Shown in pieces: positions 56,960-64,000 of a stretch of 64,000 bases of DNA. A model generated the notes under the pieces. The model was not told where the DNA came from. It worked only from the letters and a program-made list of their open reading frames with translations, and ran no database searches. Source of the DNA: Minisyncoccota bacterium (lineage in GTDB: Bacteria; Patescibacteriota; Minisyncoccia; Phycocordibacterales; Phycocordibacteraceae); the NCBI GenBank assembly GCA_036405415.1, contig DASWXP010000002.1, positions 208,351 through 272,350 of the forward strand. Direction: 5' to 3'. Both the position numbers and the translations under genes were made by a program. Position 1 is the first letter of the stretch, and every line of letters begins with the position of its first letter.

Positions 56960-57721
56960 CTACTTCCCGAAGTGCCGTGACACGTGCTTCCAGATCAAAG
57001 GCTTCTTGATTGCGCTCGCGCCCATGTGCCCGTACTTCTGCAGCTCGACGTAGCGAGCGCCTATGTCCTTTGCGAGCTCCTCGGCAGGCTTTGCGTGCAC
57101 GATAAGGTCGTCCTTGGAGTGGATGAAGAGGAGCTTTTTTGCCTCAAGCTCCTCCTTCACCGCGACCGGATTATAGAAATCTCCTTTCGCGAGCTTCTTC
57201 CAGGCGTCCGGGTGCGTGCGGTATCCCATGCCGAACGCGTTCGGGACGTACTCGGCCATGGTTTTTAAGGGCTCGAGCGTCTCGTCCTGACGCGTCCAGT
57301 CTACGACGCCTGAGATGATAGCGGCCTTCTCTACGCGCGGGTCGCGCGATGCAAGGAGCGCCGCTGCGCCGCCGAAGCTCCCGCCGATGAGGAAGAACCG
57401 GGCATCGCGCATCTGGTGCTCAGTGCCGCTCCAGAGGTCGAAGAACCCGTTCTGTACGCCGTCCATGACGTCGATAAGGTCTTCGTGCGGGCTCTTCTCG
57501 AGGAACTCGCCCCGGCTCTCCCAGGTGCCGCGGTATATAGGCACAATGCTCCAGTAGCCGTTCCGCGCAAGGAGCTGCATCGCTTCCTGCTTGCCGCCCG
57601 GATATCCCGGACAGCCTGCAGCGAGAATCGCTACCTTATGCGAAGACGGACGCATTGCCGGCATGTATTCGGCAACGATGTCGTTCGCAAAGCGCGTGCG
57701 ATATATCTCGATTCCCTGCAT
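56960..57721 (-). CDS. alpha/beta-fold hydrolase (dienelactone hydrolase/esterase-like)
   Basis: Nucleophile elbow 'GGSFGG' and a C-terminal 'HMGA' His. Confidence 0.7.
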   Translation of the reverse strand: MQGIEIYRTRFANDIVAEYMPAMRPSSHKVAILAAGCPGYPGGKQEAMQLLARNGYWSIVPIYRGTWESRGEFLEKSPHEDLIDVMDGVQNGFFDLWSGTEHQMRDARFFLIGGSFGGAAALLASRDPRVEKAAIISGVVDWTRQDETLEPLKTMAEYVPNAFGMGYRTHPDAWKKLAKGDFYNPVAVKEELEAKKLLFIHSKDDLIVHAKPAEELAKDIGARYVELQKYGHMGASAIKKPLIWKHVSRHFGK

Positions 57722-57722
57722 G

Positions 57723-58322
57723 CTATTTCGTGTTCGCGTAGAGCATCGCGCGCTCGATGCCCTCTGAAACGAAGAGGCGCGAGGCTTCGGCTGCCCTCGT
57801 GAGGGCGCGCGTGAGTTCCGCGTCTTCTCCCGGCTTGAACTTTCCGAGGACGAGCTTCACCACGTCCTCTCCTGCCGCTGCCTTCTTCAGCTTTCCTTTC
57901 GGAGTATGCGCCGAGATGCCGATCTTGAGCTGCGCGAAGTCCTTGGTCTTGAGAGCGCGCGTGATGCTCTCGATGCCCTTGTGCCCGCCGCCGCCGCGAC
58001 CGAAGGTTGTCATCTTGATGGTGCCGATAGGGAGATCAAGATCGTCGCGTACCACGAGCAGTTTCTTCGCTGCCGGCTTGCTCTTTACGAGTCCCGCTGC
58101 AGTTTTGCCGGAATGATTCATATACACCTCAGGGAGCGCGAGCACGGTCTTGTTGCCGTCTATTGATCCTTCTGATACGAACGCTTCGGCGCTCTTCTTC
58201 AGCTTGAAGTCCGGAAAGCCCTCTTCCTGCGCAAGAAGTTCCACCACCATGCGTCCGGCATTGTGCCTCGTGCGCTCGTATTCGCCGCCCGGGTTCCCGA
58301 GGCCGATGATGACGTGTGCCAT
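57723..58322 (-). CDS. pth: peptidyl-tRNA hydrolase
   Basis: 'VIIGLGNPGGEYERTRHNAG'. Confidence 0.9.
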   Translation of the reverse strand: MAHVIIGLGNPGGEYERTRHNAGRMVVELLAQEEGFPDFKLKKSAEAFVSEGSIDGNKTVLALPEVYMNHSGKTAAGLVKSKPAAKKLLVVRDDLDLPIGTIKMTTFGRGGGGHKGIESITRALKTKDFAQLKIGISAHTPKGKLKKAAAGEDVVKLVLGKFKPGEDAELTRALTRAAEASRLFVSEGIERAMLYANTK

Positions 58323-58350
58323 TACGAACTATCCTAACATTTGAGATACG

Positions 58351-58380
58351 AAAAAGGCCCCGCGTTACCGCGGAGCCTTT
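58351..58380 (-). terminator. rho-independent terminator for the minus-strand gene ending at 58400
   Basis: AGGCUCCGCG-GUAA-CGCGGGGCCU followed by UUUUU in the minus-strand RNA sense. Confidence 0.5.
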
Positions 58381-58399
58381 CAGGTTCGCCCAAGAAGGA

Positions 58400-58900
58400 T
58401 CAGAGCTGGATCACGACTCCGCCGCTGCCGAACATCATGCCCATCAGTGCATCGGTGTCGCAGACCGTCGATGCCTTCCAGGCTTCCGAGATGACGACCT
58501 TCTCGTCAAGGGGCACATCGGGATAGGCGCGGGCGATCTCGGCCTTGCACAGAGCGCGAGTGACGCTCACGTCGTTGAACTGAACGTTCAGGGCCGCCTG
58601 ACGACGGTTGACCTCGGCCTCCTCGTCGTCATTGAGCTCGCGATTCTCAGTCTTGATCTTCGCGTCCAGCTCCTTGACCCAGGCGACCTCATCGGCGCGG
58701 AAGGCGTCGTAGGCGACCTTCTTGCGCTCATATAGGGAAACCCAGCGCTGCACGATCTCCGGCACGGGACCGAGGTCCTTGCTGTGCCTGCAGTGCTCGA
58801 CCTTGCCCTTCGGCGCGACGAATTCGTCGGGCGTCAGCGCGGCGGCTTCTGCAGCAAGCAGCGCCGCGATGGACTGTGAATTCTCGACAGTCGCGTTCAT
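58400..58900 (-). CDS. hypothetical protein
   Basis: 166 aa from MNATVENSQ; no recognised motifs. Confidence 0.4.
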   Translation of the reverse strand: MNATVENSQSIAALLAAEAAALTPDEFVAPKGKVEHCRHSKDLGPVPEIVQRWVSLYERKKVAYDAFRADEVAWVKELDAKIKTENRELNDDEEAEVNRRQAALNVQFNDVSVTRALCKAEIARAYPDVPLDEKVVISEAWKASTVCDTDALMGMMFGSGGVVIQL

Positions 58901-58988
58901 TTTCTTAAACCCCAGTTTTCTTGGACGACCTTGTCCAGAATAAATATGACACATTTATTGACAATATGCAAATAGAGTACGGGAGCGC

Positions 58989-59315
58989 ATGAGTGGTACG
59001 ATTATTTTAATGAAGGAATACCAGGAGGAAGTTGACGCGTGGTTCAAGGAAAAAGGCTGGGAATACTGGGAGCCGCTTGCCATAACCGCGCGGCTCTACG
59101 AGGAAGGCGGCGAGTTCGCACGCCTCGTGAATCACGTGTACGGCCCGAAGCGAAAGAAGCTCGACGAGCACGTGCAGGACATGGAGGAAGAGCTCGGCGA
59201 TATCATCTACACCCTTATCTGCTTCGCGAACTCGCACGGACTCTCGCTTGATTCGGCTATCAGAAAGAGCCTCGACAAGGTTGCAGGGCGAGACAAGGAT
59301 CGCTTCACTACGTAG
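58989..59315 (+). CDS. MazG-like nucleotide pyrophosphohydrolase (small single-domain)
   Basis: 'EEGGEFARLV...EEELGDIIYTLICFA' are the EExxE/D motifs of the MazG/NTP-PPase fold. Confidence 0.7.
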   Translation: MSGTIILMKEYQEEVDAWFKEKGWEYWEPLAITARLYEEGGEFARLVNHVYGPKRKKLDEHVQDMEEELGDIIYTLICFANSHGLSLDSAIRKSLDKVAGRDKDRFTT

Positions 59316-60039
59316 TCGTCCGTTTGATCCGGTATACCGTCTCTCGGTACGCGTTCCCAGCCTTTGCGTATTCTTCGATATCCTTAAGGAGCTTCTCTTC
59401 CCCGCCGAGTCCTGCCATCTGTGACTCGTATGCGCGGATCGCCTCGATCTTCTTGTGCAGGGCGTCTTCGGTCAGCGCTATTCGTTCGCGCTCGACATAT
59501 GTGTCACCTCCGAAGATCGTCTTGACGAGCGCATCCTCATCAAGACCCACGGCATACGGCAGGTCTGCATAGAAGAAGAATTCATTTTCTGACGTATCCC
59601 TTCTCTGAAGCTCCCGCAGCGCCTCGCCGACAAGCTCATGGTCCGGATGCTTCCGCAGTCCTGGGGCGTATACGGAAACAGGTCCTTCAAGAGAGCCTGT
59701 GTACGCCAAGACCTCAGCGACGATGGTCTCGATTATGTCCGTCCGGGACGCGAACGGATCGCGATACTGCCAATCAAGGAGCGGGAGATTGATGATCTGT
59801 GACTCAGGTACCAAAAGAATCGAGAGCGCAGTGCGATTCTCCTTAATTCGCGCGCGCATGGCTTCTGCGCTGTCCCGAAATCCCGTGAGCGCGTCCCAGG
59901 GCGTGCGCTGCACTGGATCCGGGGCGCCCGAGAAGCATGTCATAACCGCGCATGTGCTGCCCTCCGTTGCGAGCAGGCCTCCGAGCGAAAGCACCGCGTC
60001 GTCCAGATGCGGAGAAAGTATGAGATGCCGTACCTGCAT
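59308..60039 (-). CDS. PIG-L/LmbE family deacetylase
   Basis: 'LILSPHLDDAVLSLGG' plus a downstream 'HPDH'. Start set at MQVRHL. Confidence 0.75.
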   Translation of the reverse strand: MQVRHLILSPHLDDAVLSLGGLLATEGSTCAVMTCFSGAPDPVQRTPWDALTGFRDSAEAMRARIKENRTALSILLVPESQIINLPLLDWQYRDPFASRTDIIETIVAEVLAYTGSLEGPVSVYAPGLRKHPDHELVGEALRELQRRDTSENEFFFYADLPYAVGLDEDALVKTIFGGDTYVERERIALTEDALHKKIEAIRAYESQMAGLGGEEKLLKDIEEYAKAGNAYRETVYRIKRTTT

Positions 60040-60118
60040 GCGCCTATGGTACCTGATGCAGGCATTCGTCAAGATGCGAAAAAGTTGACGCGCAGATTCA
60101 GAGGAATACAATGCGCGC

Positions 60119-60670
60119 ATGAACGTTCTTGGGACTGCGTTTCGTGAGATATTCACCTTCGTTGTCCTTGCGGTTGTCATTGTCGTCCCGATCCGCCTCT
60201 TCGTGGCGCAGCCGTTCGTGGTCGAGGGCGAGAGCATGCATCCGACCTTCGAGTCTGGCGACTACCTGATCGTCGATCAGCTCTCCTACCATCTGGGCGA
60301 TCCTGACCGCGGCGACGTGGTGGTATTCCGCTACCCGAACGACGAGAAAGTCTTCTATATAAAGCGCATCATCGGCCTTCCGGGCGAAACGGTGCACATC
60401 GAAGGCGGCGAGACCCGCGTCACCAAAGCCGACGGCACCGAGATAACGCTCGACGAGACGTATGTCGTCGCCGAAGACGTAACCTATACCCTCTCCCGCA
60501 CGCTCGGCCCGGACCAGTACTTCGTTATGGGCGATAACCGCCCGAAGAGCTCGGACTCGCGCACCTGGGGCGCCTTGCCGGCGCATGACATCATGGGCCG
60601 CGCATACGTGCGCCTCCTTCCGTTCGATGAGATCGGCGTGCTCCCGGGTTCGGTAACCGTTCCTGAGTAG
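60119..60670 (+). CDS. lepB: signal peptidase I
   Basis: 'EGESMHPTF' Ser box, 'YIKRIIGLPGE' Lys box, 'FVMGDNRPKSSDSR'. Confidence 0.85.
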   Translation: MNVLGTAFREIFTFVVLAVVIVVPIRLFVAQPFVVEGESMHPTFESGDYLIVDQLSYHLGDPDRGDVVVFRYPNDEKVFYIKRIIGLPGETVHIEGGETRVTKADGTEITLDETYVVAEDVTYTLSRTLGPDQYFVMGDNRPKSSDSRTWGALPAHDIMGRAYVRLLPFDEIGVLPGSVTVPE

Positions 60671-60674
60671 ACCT

Positions 60675-61829
60675 ATGTCGCACACGCTTCAGCCTTCAGA
60701 CATCGTTAAGCGGGCGCATGCGGTCGGAAGCTATTACGGCTTCACCCCGCTCTCGACCTTAGCGGCAACCAAGAAGGGTCAGGGCGCGAAAGCGCCATAC
60801 CCGGACACGCTCGCGCTCGATACGCTCGATACGGCAGCCAAGGATGTCGCCGCGCTTTTGAAGCAGGTGCGCGACGCGGGACTCACCCCGTCCGCGCAGC
60901 AGCCACTCTTTTTCTGGCATACGAACGCCGCGCAGGGCCGCCCGGCGCCCAAGCAGATCGTGATTCAATTCCACGTGCTCGGTGTCGAGCATGCGATCGC
61001 GGACGCAGTGCTCATCCGTGCGGTGCGCTCCCTGATGCATGACCTCGGCAAGCAGGAGCCTACGCTTCGTCTTAATAGCATGGGAGATAAGGAGACCCGC
61101 GGCCGCCTCACCCGCGAGCTCACCCAGCTCGTGCGAAAGCACCAGCACCTCATCCCGCAGGAAGTAGCCGAGCACGTGCGCCAGGGACAGCCGGTCCGCG
61201 CCGCGCACCTCCTTGCACAGGACGAGAACCTGAAGCACTTCCTCCCGTCCCCTACCGATCACCTTTCCGAAGCGAGCCGCAAGCACTTCGAGGCGGTCCT
61301 CGAGTACCTCGAGTCTACAGATACCCCGTACGAGCTCTCGCCGCATCTCTACTCGCGCGCGAACGCCTGGACCGAGACCTGCTTCGAGCTCGCGCATGAC
61401 GCGGACGATAGCCTCCATGCCTGGGGATCCCGGTACAGCGAGCTCGCGCGTCCGTTCTTCAAGGGAACAGTGCATTCGGTCGGTGCCGTGGTGCGCGTGA
61501 ACGTACCGAGCCGCGATACGGTCGCGCCTATCAAGGAGCGCGGCAATCCTCGCTTCGTGTTTGTGCACATCGGCGATGAAGCGAAGCGCGAGAGCATGAA
61601 GATGGCGGATGAGCTCCGGAAAGCCCGTATCCCGCTTACCCAGGCCATGGGCGTGGCTTCTTTGACGGAGCAGATGCGCCTCGCCGAGACCATGAACCCG
61701 CCGTATCTCCTTATTATGGGCCGCAAGGAGGCGCTCGAGCGCTCCGTTATCCTCCGGGAGCGCGCTACCCACACGGAGACGTTCATCCCGCTTAATAGCC
61801 TCATAGAGCGCTTAAAGGCGGTTGCCTAG
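60675..61829 (+). CDS. histidyl-tRNA synthetase-like class II aaRS protein (divergent/short; HisS or HisZ-like)
   Basis: 'IQFHVLGVEHAIADAVLI' matches HisRS 'YRQFHQIGVE..G...DAEVI'. It also has a motif-3-like 'GSRYSEL...G' and a C-terminal anticodon-binding-like 'FVFVHIGDEAK...LLIMGRKE'. Confidence 0.5.
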   Translation: MSHTLQPSDIVKRAHAVGSYYGFTPLSTLAATKKGQGAKAPYPDTLALDTLDTAAKDVAALLKQVRDAGLTPSAQQPLFFWHTNAAQGRPAPKQIVIQFHVLGVEHAIADAVLIRAVRSLMHDLGKQEPTLRLNSMGDKETRGRLTRELTQLVRKHQHLIPQEVAEHVRQGQPVRAAHLLAQDENLKHFLPSPTDHLSEASRKHFEAVLEYLESTDTPYELSPHLYSRANAWTETCFELAHDADDSLHAWGSRYSELARPFFKGTVHSVGAVVRVNVPSRDTVAPIKERGNPRFVFVHIGDEAKRESMKMADELRKARIPLTQAMGVASLTEQMRLAETMNPPYLLIMGRKEALERSVILRERATHTETFIPLNSLIERLKAVA

Positions 61830-61868
61830 CAATTGCGCCCTTTTAGGCCCTATGGTATCTTTTCCTTC

Positions 61869-62129
61869 ATGCAAAACGCAGTACGCGTAGAGGTAAGCCG
61901 TGGCAAGAACGAGAGCTCGGCATCTCTTATTCGCCGCTTTTCCCGCCGTGGCCAGGGCCTCGGTCTCGTTCGTGCGCTCCGCAAGCGCCGTTACTACGCT
62001 CGCCAGAAGTCGAAGAACGTAGAGCACGCACGTGCCCTCATCCGCGGCGCTCGCATCATGGAGTACAACGAGCAGGTGAAGCTCGGAAAGATCGATCCGG
62101 CTGCCAAGAAGACTCGCGGCAAGAAGTAA
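61869..62129 (+). CDS. rpsU: 30S ribosomal protein S21
   Basis: 'VRVEVSRGKNESSASLIRRFSRRGQGLGLVRALRKRRYY' fits the S21 pattern (V.V..E....ALRRF.R...G....R.RR.Y). Start set at MQNAVRV and derived from ORF-track arithmetic. Confidence 0.6.
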   Translation: MQNAVRVEVSRGKNESSASLIRRFSRRGQGLGLVRALRKRRYYARQKSKNVEHARALIRGARIMEYNEQVKLGKIDPAAKKTRGKK

Positions 62130-62169
62130 GAGAAAGCGCCTCCGGGCGCTTTCTTGCTATCATTCCCTC

Positions 62170-62595
62170 ATGACCACACTCGATACGAGAAACTTCACGC
62201 GCCAGGCGCCTCCTGCGTTCCCTTTCAAGGACGCTCTTGCCGCAGCGCTTCCGGGCTGGGAGATGTCCTTGGTGTTCGCCGGAGAGACACGCGCACAGAA
62301 TATGAACATCGCGCTTCGCGGGAAGGACTATGTGCCGAACGTGCTGTCGTACGAATCCGGGAACAAGAGCGGCGAGATCGTGATCTGCCTTGCGGTTGCA
62401 AAGCGACAGGCACCCTCGTACGGACTCTCGTATCGCGATTTCGTAGGACTTTTGTTTATCCACGGATGCATGCATTTGAAGGGCATGCAGCACGGGGATA
62501 CAATGGATGAACGAGAACGCTCGCTTCTGCAGCGTTTTACTCGCGCTAACCTATCTCGCACCTCGAATGTCCCGACGCATCGCAACCGGCATTGA
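62170..62595 (+). CDS. ybeY: rRNA maturation endoribonuclease YbeY
   Basis: Zinc-binding 'HGCMHLKGMQHG' (HxxxHxxxxxH). Confidence 0.8.
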   Translation: MTTLDTRNFTRQAPPAFPFKDALAAALPGWEMSLVFAGETRAQNMNIALRGKDYVPNVLSYESGNKSGEIVICLAVAKRQAPSYGLSYRDFVGLLFIHGCMHLKGMQHGDTMDERERSLLQRFTRANLSRTSNVPTHRNRH

Positions 62596-63739
62596 TATCG
62601 GCACGCACCAGACGAAAGTCGTGGTGGTCGAAGAGGTGCAGGGCGAGAACGGCGCGGAACTCCATATCATCGGTACGGGCATCTCTGAGAGCCGTGGCAT
62701 GCGTCACGGCTACGTGGTTGACGCGGAGGACGCCGCAGAAAGCGTCCGGCTCGCCCGCATACAGGCGGAGCAGATCGCGCGCGTACCGATCCGGAAGGGC
62801 TTCCTCGCGATCGGGGGCGTATCGCTCGACGAAGTGCGCGCTTCCGGCGAAGCGATCATCTCGCGCGCAGACCAGGAGATAACGGACCTCGATCTCGAGA
62901 AAGTGCTCGAGACGGCGCGCGAAGCGGCGCGACCGAGCTTCTTGAATAGGACGGTGCTCCATGAGATCCCGATCGAGTACCGCGTGGACGGCGCCAAATC
63001 GCTCGGAGAGCCTATAGGCCTCAAGGGTACGCGCCTTACCGCGGACTACCTCTTCATTACCTGCCTCACGCAGCATGCGGAGGTTCTCACCGCCGCTACT
63101 GAAGCCGCTGACATCGAGGTTATCGACCGCATGGCGTCCCCGCTTGCCGGTTCCTATGTGACGCTTGCGAAGGATCAGAAGATGAAGGGCTGTGTGCTCG
63201 CGAACATCGGCGCCGAGACCGTCTCTATCGTGGTGTATGACGAAGGTCTTCCGATCTCCGTGAAGGTGTTCCCTATCGGCTCCACCAACATCACGGACGA
63301 TCTCGCGCTCGGGTTCAAGGTATCTATCGAAGACGCAGAGCGACTCAAGCTCGGTCGCCTCGGCGGCGCGATGTATCCGCGCAAGAAGGTGGAGGAGATC
63401 GTTACGGCGCGCTTCCGCACGATGTTCGAGCTCATCGACAAGCACCTGAAGCAGCTGGGACGCCGCGGTAACCTCCCTGCTGGCATCATCATCTCAGGAG
63501 GCGCCTCGGGACAGGGCTCTATCAGCGATATCGCGAAGGGCACCTTGAACCTTCCTACCCGCATCGCGGACCTGAAGCTCTCTTCGGATACGAAGGTGAA
63601 GGATGCTACCTGGGCCGTTGCGTACGGCCTTGCGCTCTGGGGTCTTACGGGAGACACGGAGACGCCGAAGAAGAAAGGCGTGCAGATGGGAGAGTTCGCT
63701 ACGACCCTACAGAAGTTCTTCAAGCAGTTTTTGCCATAG
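62567..63739 (+). CDS. ftsA: cell division protein FtsA (actin-like ATPase)
   Basis: 'GIDIGTHQTKVVV' phosphate-1 and 'IISGGASGQGS' adenosine motif. Start set at MSRRIATG, overlapping the ybeY end. Confidence 0.8.
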   Translation: MSRRIATGIDIGTHQTKVVVVEEVQGENGAELHIIGTGISESRGMRHGYVVDAEDAAESVRLARIQAEQIARVPIRKGFLAIGGVSLDEVRASGEAIISRADQEITDLDLEKVLETAREAARPSFLNRTVLHEIPIEYRVDGAKSLGEPIGLKGTRLTADYLFITCLTQHAEVLTAATEAADIEVIDRMASPLAGSYVTLAKDQKMKGCVLANIGAETVSIVVYDEGLPISVKVFPIGSTNITDDLALGFKVSIEDAERLKLGRLGGAMYPRKKVEEIVTARFRTMFELIDKHLKQLGRRGNLPAGIIISGGASGQGSISDIAKGTLNLPTRIADLKLSSDTKVKDATWAVAYGLALWGLTGDTETPKKKGVQMGEFATTLQKFFKQFLP

Positions 63740-64000
63740 ATATACGTTGACAGTTTTTTACGAAGGCCACAGTATCGATTGTGGACCGAGCAAGCTGCCG
63801 CACTGATGCGGTAAGAACGGATCCTTAGGGAGGCTCTGATGAGACGTCTGTTCGCCTCGTAGGTCCAGGCCGGCGAAGGGGCGAAAGACATGCCGCCCCT
63901 CAAACCCCGACTCCTGGGTCTGACCGAAATGGAGTGTGGCCCCGGCGAAGCGCCGGGGCCTTGCACGTTTGTGTATGAAAATAGCAGCACGATTCCCCTA

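Noticed and set aside
63785-63990. RNase P RNA or tmRNA at the 3' window edge
   Set aside because: The conserved P4 region (GGAAAGUCCGGGCUCC-like) and the tmRNA 5' acceptor sequence are both absent. The feature is left as an unclassified structured region.
1-64000. CRISPR array
   Set aside because: No run of regularly spaced direct repeats of 24-48 bp with unique spacers was seen. The repeats found are pairs or triplets with irregular spacing.

Overview
This is a 64 kb stretch of a GC-rich bacterial chromosome whose gene content looks like Candidate Phyla Radiation/Patescibacteria. The core genes are short versions of dnaX, infB and rpsA, many tightly packed housekeeping genes (serS, dprA, topA, rel, parB, gyrA, clpB, pth, lepB, ybeY, ftsA), six tRNAs, and arrays of small VirB2/TrbC-like 'pilin' paralogs. 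A visibly AT-richer ~14 kb island (about 5.3-19.5 kb) interrupts this backbone and ends next to tRNA-Gln(UUG). The island carries a large serine recombinase, a ParB-nuclease/DNA-methyltransferase fusion, a terminase-small-like HTH protein and a copper/metal-homeostasis-like cluster (HMBD-DoxX fusion, two DUF305 proteins). Most interestingly, it carries a seven-gene minus-strand operon headed by a LexA-type (HTH plus S24 peptidase) repressor. That operon encodes a small basic protein, a Cap5-like HNH-plus-sensor effector, a cGAS/DncV-like nucleotidyltransferase, a UBC/E2-like protein, a Zn-ribbon-rich protein and a polytopic membrane protein. I read it as a putatively SOS-controlled CBASS-like defence system with two extra, uncharacterised components. 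Outside the island, two peptidoglycan-hydrolase genes (an M15 peptidase domain and an SLT lytic transglycosylase domain) carry near-identical pilin-like N-terminal modules. A separate tandem array of five small pilin-like paralogs is also present, suggesting a T4SS/pilus-like surface apparatus. Other points: an inverted-repeat-bounded 296-bp mini-element with a 43-aa ORF, repeated att-like motifs near both island ends, an unlisted rpmG gene, several candidate small ORFs, and clear rho-independent terminators. tRNA and small-feature coordinates were indexed by hand and may be off by 1-2 nt. All homology calls come from motif recognition by eye, not database searches.
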